From Microcoleus sp. (GTDB lineage Bacteria > Cyanobacteriota > Cyanobacteriia > Cyanobacteriales > Microcoleaceae): a DNA stretch of 64,000 nucleotides. Shown here one piece after another: positions 41,620 through 51,700 of this stretch. Positions within the stretch are counted from its first letter, which is position 1; each line of letters opens with the position of its first letter. The notes under the pieces were generated by a model, which was not told where the DNA came from, did not search any database, and saw only the letters and a list, made by a program, of their open reading frames with translations. The stretch spans positions 1 to 64,000 of the forward strand of contig JAYFMW010000010.1 of assembly GCA_042408215.1 (NCBI GenBank), read 5' to 3'. Position numbers and translations under genes: made by a program.

Positions 41620-41737
41620 TGGTTTTACCTCTGGTGTAATTTATTTGGATTTTTTAACCGCAGAGGGCGCAGAGGGCGCAGAGAAAGAGAGGGGAAGAGA
41701 AGAGAGAAATAAAGAGGGAGAGTGTTTGACAATTTGT

Positions 41738-43006
41738 TTAGGAGATTAAACCCATTTTTTGATAAATTGGTCGGATTAAGTGTTGTAAAGCGGGCAACTG
41801 TTTGGTGAAAACTGCTGAACCTAATACACAAATTATGCCTCCAATTATGACTGTATTGGGAGCGCCTATATAATTGGCTAATCCACCTGCAAGTAAATTG
41901 CCAAATGGTGTGATCCCAAAAAATGCCATTGTGTAAATGCTCATCACTCTGCCGCGTTTTTCGTCTTCAACTATTGTTTGCAAAAATGTGTTTCCTGCTG
42001 CAAATTGCAAGATGAAACCAATCCCTACAAACAACTGCATGATTAATGATAACCATAAAATTTTTGACAGGGCAAAACCGATTAGTCCTAATCCCATTAT
42101 TGCTGGTGAAATTGCAATTATTTTGCCAATACCAACGACGGTTTTGCGGGTTGTTAAATAAATGGCTGCGGCGAATGCTCCTATTCCAGAAGCTGCCATC
42201 AAAAAGCCTAGGGTTTCTGGGCCACCGTGCAGAATTTTTGTGGCAAATATTGGGACGAGCACGGTGTGTGACATTCCGGCAAAGCTGACTAATGCTAATA
42301 GCATTAAAATGGCTCTAATTGGCGGAAATCCAAAGGAATAAACGAATCCTTCTTTTAATCTTTGTAAGGGTTTTGTATTGGTTTCGGCAATTTTTCTCGG
42401 CTTGAGCTGCATTGCTAACAAGCCTGCTATGACGGCGATGTAACTGAGTCCGTCTATTAGGAAACAATAACTTGGACCGACTGTGGCTATCAGCAAACCG
42501 GCAATTGCTGGGCCGATTAATCGGGAGCCGTTGAACATGGAGGCATTAATTGCGATCGCCTGTGCTAAATCTTCTTTTTTTTCTACAAGTTCTGGTACAA
42601 AAGCTTGGCGGGCTGGCGCGTCAAAAGCATTAATTGCTCCTTGACATAAACTCAGGACAATTATCTGCCAAATGTTGATAATTCCTGTTAGTGCTAAAAA
42701 TGCTAGGGTTAAGGATTGAATCATTGCCAAAATTTGAGTGGCTATGAGCACTCGGTGGCGGTTCCATCTATCTATTAAAACTCCTGCAAAAGGCAGTAAT
42801 ATTAGTGTGGGAATTTGACTTGTGAATCCAACTAAGCCCAGCATCCAAGGTGATTGACTTAAGTTGTATACCAGCCAAATCGTAGCGACTTGCGTCATCC
42901 AACTGCCTATCAGTGAGATGCCTTGTCCTGCAAAAAACAGGCGATAATTTTTCGATCGCAGCGCGCGAGGAAGTTTGATATTTTTCATTTTGGCTAGTAG
43001 ATTCAT
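41738..43006 (-). CDS. MFS transporter
   Basis: NYRLFF.GQ..SL.G.WM, AFDAPARQA and RGRVMS motifs. Confidence 0.92.
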   Translation of the reverse strand: MNLLAKMKNIKLPRALRSKNYRLFFAGQGISLIGSWMTQVATIWLVYNLSQSPWMLGLVGFTSQIPTLILLPFAGVLIDRWNRHRVLIATQILAMIQSLTLAFLALTGIINIWQIIVLSLCQGAINAFDAPARQAFVPELVEKKEDLAQAIAINASMFNGSRLIGPAIAGLLIATVGPSYCFLIDGLSYIAVIAGLLAMQLKPRKIAETNTKPLQRLKEGFVYSFGFPPIRAILMLLALVSFAGMSHTVLVPIFATKILHGGPETLGFLMAASGIGAFAAAIYLTTRKTVVGIGKIIAISPAIMGLGLIGFALSKILWLSLIMQLFVGIGFILQFAAGNTFLQTIVEDEKRGRVMSIYTMAFFGITPFGNLLAGGLANYIGAPNTVIIGGIICVLGSAVFTKQLPALQHLIRPIYQKMGLIS

Positions 43007-43071
43007 TTTAGATTGTGGCTATAGCCATCCTATTTGATTTGTCAATATTTTTTAGGGTATTTCCCCCGAGC

Positions 43072-43736
43072 CATTGGTGTCAACTTAAGACTACAACCCT
43101 CTGTATCTCTTGTTTGTATCGAAGTCTCGATCCCCCCTAGCCCCCCTTAATAAGGGGGGGACAAGAGTTTTATGGAAGTCTCGATCTCCCCTAGCCCCCT
43201 TTAATAAGGGGGGGACAAGAGTTTTATGGAAGTCTCGATCTCCCCTAGCTCCCTTTAATAAGGGGGGGACAAGAGTTTTATCGAAGTCTCGATCTCCCCT
43301 AGCTCCCCTTAATAAGGGGGGACAAGAGTTTTATCGAAGTCTCGATCTCCCCTAGCTCCCTTTAATAAGGGGGGGACAAGAGTTTTATCGAAGTCTCGAT
43401 CTCCCCTAGCTCCCCTTAATAAGGGGGGACAAGAGTTTTATCGAAGTCTCGATCCCCCCTAGCCCCCCTTAATAAGGGGGGGACAAGAGTTTTATCGAAG
43501 TCTCGATCTCCCCTAGCTCCCCTTAATAAGGGGGGGACAAGAGTTTTATCGAAGTCTCGATCTCCCCTAGCTCCCCTTAATAAGGGGGGACAAGAGTTTT
43601 ATCGAAGTCTCGATCTCCCCTAGCTCCCTTTAATAAGGGGGGACAAGAGTTTTATCGAAGTCTCGATCTCCCCTAGCTCCCCTTAATAAGGGGGGGACAA
43701 GAGTTTTATCGAAGTCTCGATCCCCCCTAGCTCCCC
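43072..43736. repeat. MITE family B left end followed by a 53-54 bp tandem hairpin array (11 full + 1 partial units)
   Basis: GAAGTC unit starts at 43121, 43175, 43229, 43283, 43336, 43390, 43443, 43497, 43551, 43604, 43657 and 43711. Confidence 0.95.
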
Positions 43737-43744
43737 AACCTAAG

Positions 43745-44597
43745 CTATGCCTTACTCACATCTTTCTTAACAAAATTAGGCTTGACATCCGGGGGGGAAT
43801 GGGTGGAAACTAATTTCCATGTAGCCGCAATGTCATGCAAATGTTGCCAGCCTCGCCAGAGGGTCTTGACACCCGGTTCACCATCTCCTTTACGTCCCAA
43901 AAATCCACGCCCGTTTCGCAATCCAATGAATGCAATTACTTAAAGTTGGGGGTGATTCAGTGGGGATAGGAGTAGAATGAATCGTGCAGTAAAGTGCTTA
44001 CCACTCATGGGTTTCCAGAAGGGTGTCCCCTCCAAGCTCAGGATGATGACGAGATTCGTAAATCATCCATAATCAACGCCAAGCCACAATTGTATAGGTA
44101 GATATTGCTCCTTCGATGCGATCGGCAGTTTCCAATTGTAGCTGTTTTAAACCACATCCACTTTTAAGAACGTAATGACAGCGTTCGATTAACCAACGGT
44201 AACTGTACCAACGTCAGCATTGGACAAGATCATCAAAACCAGTAATCGGCAAGGTAGTTAATAACAACCAGCTCACAGGCTTCTCTGTGGCTGGCGGGTT
44301 TGCTTCACCAGCCAGAATTACTTGCACTCGCAGTGGCTGTAAATTCTGACGCCCAGGGTGGCTCTGAGGAGGTAAAATTGCGACCGTTGTAGCCCGCAGG
44401 TTCAGAATCGCTTTACGAGCTGAACGTTGCGGATTAGCCCGCAAATAAGGGCTGATTTTTCCCGCCACGGGTATTTGGGCGATCGCAGTTTGTAGTCGCT
44501 CTACTTCTAGAGTCCCATCAGAGTTCTTAACTTGGCGGTTGTGGTAAGCACGAATTAACAACTCAGAATTTTCTGACCTTTCTTGAGCTAAAAAGTC
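43745..44597 (-). mobile_element. Truncated IS4-family (IS50/Tn5-like) transposase pseudogene, 3' half
   Basis: WLLLTTLPI, Y..RW.IE..H..LKSGC and GRKGDGEPGVKTLWRG motifs with stops and frameshifts; candidate end CTATGCCTTACTCACATC. Confidence 0.85.
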
Positions 44598-46100
44598 TTG
44601 ACACTCCCCAGCTATCAAGGCGTGGGGATTCTTTGTTCATAGAGCCAACGTGCTGCGGACAGGATTTCTCCAACCAGAGTAGAGGTCGATTCTCCTAAAG
44701 CGTTGCTTGCATAAGCGTGCAAAGGCGATGCCCTGAGCGTAGCCGAAGGGTGACCGTATCCCTGCCGTACCCAATCCTCTCCTGGAGGATATTTCTAGCT
44801 GCGTTAAAATCTCTATCCATTACACAACCGCACTTACAAACATGGGTTCTAGTGGATAGCGTTTTCTTCACAATTTCACCGCAACTAGAGCATTCTTGGC
44901 TGGTATATAGGGGATTTACCGCAACCGTTACTTTCTCAAATACTTTGGCGAAGTATTCAATCCAGATACGGAACTGATACCAAGATGCGTCATTAATAGA
45001 CTTAGCTAAACAATGATTCTTCACCATATTTTTAATTCTCAAGTTTTCGTAATCTATCAAGTCGTTAAACGCTCTCTACGCACCTTGCAAGTTTTATTGC
45101 ATGGTGCAATACGATTGCCTACTTATTTTGAGATGGCTTTTTCCTAAAATCTGTCTAGCTTTGCCTCTATTTTTTGAACCTTTTACTTTCCTAGATACAC
45201 GACGTTGAGAGTGCTTAATAACTGTTTCACCTTGACGTAGAAATCTAGGATTTTCAACCGTCACTCCGTTTGAATCGGTGTAATATTCTTTCAGCCCAAC
45301 ATCTAATCCGATGGTATTTCCTCTTATGTTCTGTGTTTTCCTTGCGGTCAACACTAATACAGAATTGGACGTACACGCCGTCTGCACGTTTCACCAATCT
45401 TACTCGTTTGATTTGGCTGATTTGGTAGAAATGCAAATCCCGTGTTCCCTTTAATTTGAGTTTACCAATCCCTTTTTTGTCGGTGAATTTGATTGACTTC
45501 CTGTCATCCGCAAGTTTCCATCCAGTTGATTTATACTCAACTGAGCGACAGTATTTCTGAAATTGTGGATCTCCTTTTTTACCTGGAATTGACCAATAAT
45601 TTCAAAGGTGGTACAAGCCCCCGGATTGATCCGTGGAATCAATCCAAAATCCCAAATCTAAAATCCTCAAGCCCCCGCATTTATACGTGGGGTAAATCTA
45701 AAATCTAAAATCTAAAATCTAAAATCGATTGACTTTTTGCAGTTCTCGTAAAATCGGGAGATAGCAGACCAGGCTCGTTCAGCACGCTTATTGTCTAGCT
45801 TGAGAGTTAAGTTCGTCGGCAAACGGGAAATCACGAGCCAATACAGCACAATATTTGTTGAAATCATATTTATCTATTTTTTGGTTGTCCATCCAATAGC
45901 GCAAACAGCTATTGCGGACAAATTGTGCTGTACGAATCGCTTCATTTACTGCTGCAATCTGACTGGATTTGACCTAAGCTTTGAACTCAAAAACTAGCAT
46001 TGTTCTACCTCCTGCCTTATGCTATCTTTCCGCACAAGATTGGCTGGTATTGTAACAAAGGTTTGCAATTAAAGCCGTCCTTTTAGGACGGGGTTTTAAC
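44598..46100 (-). mobile_element. tnpB: Decayed IS200/IS605-family (IS1341-type) element with tnpB pseudogene
   Basis: ATG at 46000 (MLVFEFKA*..AIRTAQFVRN); IGLDVGL, YENL.I.NM, TSQECS.CG and DRD.NAA motifs; multiple frameshifts; left-end hairpin ~46072-46097; right end ...GGGGAGTGTCAA. Confidence 0.9.
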
Positions 46101-46121
46101 CCTCCGCTACGCTCCGCCCAA

Positions 46122-46661
46122 TTTCCTGATCACCGCGGCTATCAACAAGCTTTAGATGATTTTGGCATCACGCAACTGCTATCGGGTATCCGCAGCTACT
46201 CCGATCGGGACTTTGAGGCCGATCGCGCGTGCATGACTCAGCCAGAGCTCGAAAGCTTGGCGGTGTTTCTGATTCTGCGCGTCGGGGCGAATCTGAAAGG
46301 AAGTGCGATCGCCCGCTATCTCAACACTCTCAGAAAAGCCAATTCTCCGACGATCGCCGATCGCCCCGCGATCGAACTCAACTCAAATCCGCGAGGGAAA
46401 ACACCTGAAATCTCAAAGGAGGGCGATGGCTACGCCCCGGCTTGCGCCTACGCAATTCTTGGGCGATCGTCCGAATTTTACCGAATGCTCAGCATTATAC
46501 GATCGCCCGTTTTGTCAATCGCCAAGATGCGGACGATCGGCGGAGGGCTTTGTGTCGGTTTATTCCAGGGGGTGTGTTTGAAGCTATGTGCGATCGGGCC
46601 TAATCAACAAATACAAATCCCGTTTTTTAAGGGGAACTTTGTATCTCTCACTTGTTGTTGA
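46122..46661 (+). pseudogene. Probably 5'-truncated hypothetical protein
   Basis: Frame stays open upstream of ATG 46233 (YQQALDDFGI..LL) up to the IS605 left end. Confidence 0.45.
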
Positions 46662-46664
46662 GTT

Positions 46665-46782
46665 TTGATCCCCCTAAATCCCCCTTAAGAAGGGGGACTT
46701 GGAATGCTCTTGTCCCACACCCCCTACTCCCCTACTCCCCTTCTTAAGGGGGAGTAGGGGGCAAGCTAAGGGGGATCGAGAC
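46665..46782. repeat. MITE family B internal hairpin element
   Basis: GATCCCCCTAAATCCCCCTTAAGAAGGGGGAC...CCCCTACTCCCC...GGGGGATC, similar to 20497-20597. Confidence 0.8.
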
Positions 46783-46813
46783 TATTTTGGCATCCAATAA
46801 ACCCGCCCCGACT

Positions 46814-47704
46814 TTATTTAGACGGTTGAGAAGGTGCGGGACTTATAATTAACAATTGATCGCCCGATTGACTTTGTTGAACAGCAATCACTGGCGGTCG
46901 AGCTTTAGGGTCTTTTTGCTGTTCTGTTGTTAAAGCAGGAAACAGATAAATCCAGCTACCTCTTTCCAAAAGCAACCGCCAAACTCTAGGTTCTTTGGGG
47001 TTATTGATATCAGTATAATCTCTTTTGCTCAAATCTTCAAATAGACCTGCATCGCCGATCGCCTTAAATCCTTTGGGGGCTAGTCGGAGTGTTGGATCAT
47101 CGAGTTTTCTGCCTAAAACAATGTTGTCTTGCTTGGCGATTAAAGCAACGGCGGGTAAAGTCGAATTTTCCCCGGCATCGCGTCGGGCATCGGCAATACC
47201 TTGGTGGTAAGCTGACCAAAACAACACTAGCAATACCCAACCGACGATGATAATTTCGTCAACGAGCGATCGCAATAATTTGACTGAGTTATATCTATTG
47301 ACATTAAATTGTTGCCAAGACTTCAGAATGCGGTAAAGCCACCTGAATCTTGTGCCGCCAGGATAGGAAAGCGATCCTGCAAGGATGCCATTAATTTTAG
47401 TAGCAACTGTCTTGTTTATACTATTAACCAGCCACAAAGTGTGGTAAATCGCGAGGGATGTCAGCAGAAGGGCGATCGCACTTTTGAGGATCGTCCAGCT
47501 ATCACCTAAAAACACCTGAAGCGGGACAATGAAAAACGATTCTACTGGTAAATCGAGGGTAATTACATTTAGCTGAAAGCAGGAAAAATAAGACCAGCGA
47601 TAAATCCAGCCGGTGAAAAACAAAGCGGCACCAAGCAAGCCAATCACACTGGCAAAGTTGCCTAAAATATTCGATTCGGGAGTAGGTTGGGGAGAAGCGG
47701 TCAC
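46814..47704 (-). CDS. Hypothetical membrane protein (GWIYRWSYF motif)
   Basis: 296 aa, about 3 TM segments then a soluble C-terminal domain. Confidence 0.8.
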   Translation of the reverse strand: MTASPQPTPESNILGNFASVIGLLGAALFFTGWIYRWSYFSCFQLNVITLDLPVESFFIVPLQVFLGDSWTILKSAIALLLTSLAIYHTLWLVNSINKTVATKINGILAGSLSYPGGTRFRWLYRILKSWQQFNVNRYNSVKLLRSLVDEIIIVGWVLLVLFWSAYHQGIADARRDAGENSTLPAVALIAKQDNIVLGRKLDDPTLRLAPKGFKAIGDAGLFEDLSKRDYTDINNPKEPRVWRLLLERGSWIYLFPALTTEQQKDPKARPPVIAVQQSQSGDQLLIISPAPSQPSK

Positions 47705-47787
47705 GGAATCACCTTCAAGGGATGTGAAGTATAATTGTATAATGGTATTGGGGTTAACGCTTCGCCTTGAAGGGGGTTTAGGGGACT

Positions 47788-48390
47788 ATGAAATACAAAA
47801 CACTTTCTTTTCTAGTTGTAGCACTTTTTACGGTAACAGCGGGTATGGCAGCACAAGTTAATGCGGCCAGTCAGGATGTCCCGAAACAGAATTTGCGATC
47901 GGTACAAGCACAGGCTAGCGCTAGCCAGCCCATACCCGTAGCGTTGCCGACGCAAGCGGAAATTGTGATGAAAGGCGGCGGAAAAAGAGACGGTCGAGTT
48001 GTGCAGATTGATGAGAAAGTGCAACAATTATGGATACAGGGAGGACAGGAAAAGCGATCGCTTCCTTTGAGTCAAATTGATAAAATCGTGTTTCCCAACA
48101 ATGCAGTGGTTTATCTCAGTAATGGGGGGCCAGTTGTTCGGGGCGATGGCACTCCAGCGAAAGGCCGTCCAGAGACTTGGCGTGGTATTCCTATGAACGC
48201 TTTTCGCTTGCTAGATCCGAATAAAGGTCAAGCGGATGTGAAGCTAGAGTCTGTTCTTTCTCTTGACAAGTTGGACAGTATCAGGTCAGTTATGGTTGGA
48301 GATGGGAAAAATAAACGACAGTTTGTTGTCGATGAAATGCAGTTTGATGTGCAGAAAAAGACGATGACAATTGCAGCGACTCCCTATTGA
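47788..48390 (+). CDS. Exported hypothetical protein with an Sm/LSm-like beta segment
   Basis: Signal peptide; IVMKGG..RDGRVVQID...LSQIDKIVF pattern. Confidence 0.8.
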   Translation: MKYKTLSFLVVALFTVTAGMAAQVNAASQDVPKQNLRSVQAQASASQPIPVALPTQAEIVMKGGGKRDGRVVQIDEKVQQLWIQGGQEKRSLPLSQIDKIVFPNNAVVYLSNGGPVVRGDGTPAKGRPETWRGIPMNAFRLLDPNKGQADVKLESVLSLDKLDSIRSVMVGDGKNKRQFVVDEMQFDVQKKTMTIAATPY

Positions 48391-48406
48391 GTCCGTCGGG
48401 AGGTCA

Positions 48407-48471
48407 GAAACCGGGTTTTTTTACGAAAATATTTCGTTGTAGGGCGCAGATTCGGTAAAAAACCCGGTTTC
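48407..48471. repeat. Inverted repeat element
   Basis: GAAACCGGGTTTTTT...AAAAAACCCGGTTTC. Confidence 0.8.
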
Positions 48472-48630
48472 TTTAGTCGGAGTGTGTAAGTTCTGTCCGC
48501 CTTTGTTTGGCTGCGATCGCGATTTAATTTCAATATCTGACGGTTTTGACGAGCCATTAGAAGATTGCAAGGATTAAAAGATTCTGCGTTTGATGCCTAT
48601 CCTATTAATCAAATTTGGTTAATTATAAAA

Positions 48631-51474
48631 ATGATGAAACGATTTATCAGCAGTGTTTTGGTTTTGGGTGTGTGTCTGACTCCTCTGACTGTGCCGGTGA
48701 TGGTTCAACCTAGTTGGGCGCAACGTCAAGATTTGCAGGTTGAAGAATTACAGAGACTTATACAGCAGGTTCAAGAAGTACAGAAACTTATACAGCAAGC
48801 AAAGCAACAGCGACAGCAAGGACAACCGCGACAGGCAATAGAAACATTGCAGCAGGTTCTAGCCATTGCAAGACAATTTAAAATGAGAAAAATTGAAGCC
48901 TTAGCACTCACTTCTATTGGTTTTAACTACCACATAATCGGACAACCACAAGAGGCATTGAAATACTATAACCAAGCTTTGCCAATTAGGCGGGAAGTGG
49001 GCGATCGCCCTGGGGAAGCTACTACATTAAATAATCTTGGTGGAGTTTACGATAGTATCGGACAACCACAAGAGGCTTTAAAATACTATAACCAAGCTTT
49101 ACTCATTAGGGGAGAAGTAAAAGATCGCGCCGCAGAAGCTTCTACATTGAATAATATTGGTGCAGTGTACAACAGCATCGGACAACCGCAAGAAGCTTTG
49201 AAATACTTTAACCAAGCTTTACCAATTATGCAGAAAGTAAGTGATCGCGCGGGGGAAGCTGCTACTTTGAATAATCTTGGTGGAGTTTACGATAGTATCG
49301 GACAACCACAAGAAGCATTAAAATACTTTAATCAAGCTTTACCAATTATGCGGGAAGTAAAAGATCGCGCGGGGGAAGCTGCTACTTTGAATAATATTGG
49401 TTTAATTTCCCAACCGCAAGAAGCATTAAAATACTTTAATCAAGCTTTAGCAATTATGCGGGAAGTAAAAGATCGCGCCGGAGAAGGTACTACTTTGAAT
49501 AATATTGGTCAAGTGTACGACAGCATCGGACAGCCACAAGAAGCATTGAAATACTTTAATCAAGCTTTACCAATTAGGCGGGAAGTAAGCGATCGCGCGG
49601 GGGAAGCTGCTACTTTGAATAACATTGGTGCAGTGTTCAACAGCATTTCCCAACCGCAAGCAGCCTTGAAATTCTATAACCAAGCTTTACCAATTATGCG
49701 GGAAGTAAAAGATCGTGCTGGGGAAGCTATTACTTTGAACAATATTGGTGGAGTGTACAGCAGCATCTCTCAACCGCAAGAAGCTTTGAAATACTATAAC
49801 CAAGCTTTACCAATTATGCGGGAAGTAAAATATCGTGCTGGGGAATCTGCTGCTTTGATTAATATAGGTGCAGTTTACGATAGCATCTCTCAACCGCAAG
49901 AAGCTTTGAAATACTATAACCAAGCTTTACCAATTATACGGGCAGTGAGCGATCGCGCGGTGGAAGCTACTACTTTGAGTAATATCGGTTCTGTCTACCA
50001 AGATACTAATAAACCCACTGATGCTATCGACTATTGGGAGAAATCTGTCGAAATTACTTTAAAAATGCGGAGTGGTTTACAACGGGAAAATCGCAAAAAG
50101 TTTCTAGAAGCTAAAAGCGGAACTCCGATCGCCCTTACTTCCCTTCTCATCGATCAAAACCAAGCCGATCGCGCTTTCCAATGGGTCAACATCGCCACCA
50201 CAGCCGATCTCGCCGACTACACCCGCTTAATTAACGCCAAAGTAGCCAACCCCCAAGCACAAAAAGCCCTTGACGAGTGGAATCAAAAAAATCAACAACT
50301 CCAATTCCTCCGCCGCCAACTCGAAGACAAATTCTCAGAAAATCTCTCCCGACAAATGCGCGAATTAGAAACAGAAGTCAACCGCAAAGCAGAAGAAATC
50401 TCCCGCCAATTCCCAGAAGTCGCCGAACTCTTTGAAACCACACCCAAAGACATCGCCCAACTGAAAGCAAGTATCGCACCAGATACCGTTGTCATTCAAC
50501 CCGTCTTGCTCACAAATGTCACAAATGTCCCCAATACCATCGCCCTATTTGTCTTGACAAAAGACAGTTTAAGTGTTAAAAAGATTCCCATCGACCCCGC
50601 AGAATTCGACAAACTGCTCACCGAACACCGCGAAGAAATATCAAACTATCTCACTTCAGATTACAGAAAAACTGGCGGCAAACTATACGACATCCTCATT
50701 CGCCCTGTAGAAGACCAAATACAGGCATTATCTCCCAAACAATTGAGCATCATCGCCACAGGAAAATTGCGTTACATCCCCTTTGAAACCCTTTGGGACA
50801 CGAAAACTCGCCAATTCCTAATCCAGAAATATCCCGTCAACTATCTCACTCGCATTTCTACAAGTAAAATTACAGATTCGACATTACAAGGTGGAGTCTT
50901 AGCATTAGGTAATCCCATCCCCCGTCTGCCCCAAAATCTACCAGGTACAGAAGAAGAAGTTAGAAATATCGCTCAATTATTGCCGGGAAGTTCCGCCTAT
51001 ATCGGCAATGCTGCCACCCTCGACCAATTCAAAACTCAAGCACCCCGCTTTCCGTTTTTGCACCTAGCAACTCACGGCTGTTTCCAACAGGGAGGCTGTC
51101 CAAAATTGGGGATGGAGGAAAATACCCTGCTATTTGCTGACAGCCAATTCAATATTCGCGAGGCGGCGTTATTAGGATTGCAAAACACCAGACTCCTCAC
51201 CTTAAGCGCGTGTCAAACTGCTTTGCAAGCAAATTCTAACGGTGAAGAAATATCGGGAGTTGCCTATGTATTTGAGCGTGCGGGCGCACGAGCTGTGATG
51301 GCGACTTTGTGGATTGTTTCGGATTCAGCTACTAAAGAGTTGATGGTTGAATTTTATCAAAATATCAATAAAGGGATGAGTAAAAATGAAGCTTTGCGGC
51401 AAGCTAAATTGAGTCAAATTGGTCGCCATCCGTTTTATTGGTCGCCGTTTATTTTAATTGGCGATGCGCGGTAG
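48631..51474 (+). CDS. Exported TPR-repeat CHAT (caspase-like) domain protein
   Basis: Signal peptide; ~11 TPR units, mostly 40 aa; LHLATHG and LSACQT catalytic motifs; HPFYWSPFILIG C-terminus. Confidence 0.95.
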   Translation: MMKRFISSVLVLGVCLTPLTVPVMVQPSWAQRQDLQVEELQRLIQQVQEVQKLIQQAKQQRQQGQPRQAIETLQQVLAIARQFKMRKIEALALTSIGFNYHIIGQPQEALKYYNQALPIRREVGDRPGEATTLNNLGGVYDSIGQPQEALKYYNQALLIRGEVKDRAAEASTLNNIGAVYNSIGQPQEALKYFNQALPIMQKVSDRAGEAATLNNLGGVYDSIGQPQEALKYFNQALPIMREVKDRAGEAATLNNIGLISQPQEALKYFNQALAIMREVKDRAGEGTTLNNIGQVYDSIGQPQEALKYFNQALPIRREVSDRAGEAATLNNIGAVFNSISQPQAALKFYNQALPIMREVKDRAGEAITLNNIGGVYSSISQPQEALKYYNQALPIMREVKYRAGESAALINIGAVYDSISQPQEALKYYNQALPIIRAVSDRAVEATTLSNIGSVYQDTNKPTDAIDYWEKSVEITLKMRSGLQRENRKKFLEAKSGTPIALTSLLIDQNQADRAFQWVNIATTADLADYTRLINAKVANPQAQKALDEWNQKNQQLQFLRRQLEDKFSENLSRQMRELETEVNRKAEEISRQFPEVAELFETTPKDIAQLKASIAPDTVVIQPVLLTNVTNVPNTIALFVLTKDSLSVKKIPIDPAEFDKLLTEHREEISNYLTSDYRKTGGKLYDILIRPVEDQIQALSPKQLSIIATGKLRYIPFETLWDTKTRQFLIQKYPVNYLTRISTSKITDSTLQGGVLALGNPIPRLPQNLPGTEEEVRNIAQLLPGSSAYIGNAATLDQFKTQAPRFPFLHLATHGCFQQGGCPKLGMEENTLLFADSQFNIREAALLGLQNTRLLTLSACQTALQANSNGEEISGVAYVFERAGARAVMATLWIVSDSATKELMVEFYQNINKGMSKNEALRQAKLSQIGRHPFYWSPFILIGDAR

Positions 51475-51482
51475 TTGAAATT

Positions 51483-51677
51483 CGGCGGTTGAAACCCGGC
51501 GGTTGAAACCCGGCGGTTGAAACCCGGCGGTTGAAACCGCGTCTACACAAACAAAGTCCGCCTTCGCGGACTGAAGAATAAACCGGGTATTTGACGTATT
51601 TAGTCGTTCGCATGATCTGTTAATTTCTTAGTCCGCGTAGGCGGACTTCGTTTGTGTAGTAGCGGTTTCAACCGCCG
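51483..51677. repeat. Repeat cluster (CGGCGGTTGAAAC)x4 and inverted partners
   Basis: Direct 14-bp repeats plus AGTCCGC..GCGGACT hairpins. Confidence 0.88.
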
Positions 51678-51700
51678 AATCATCAAGGCGATAGCAAACT

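Noticed and set aside
43110..43355. 81-aa repetitive ORF
   Set aside because: Translation of the tandem array; frame breaks wherever the G-run length changes.
43118..43736. CRISPR or other guide array
   Set aside because: Units are contiguous and nearly identical with no unique spacers; no cas genes; the unit derives from a MITE.
46494..46518. Consensus TTGACA/TATAAT promoter on the minus strand
   Set aside because: Spacing is only 13 bp.
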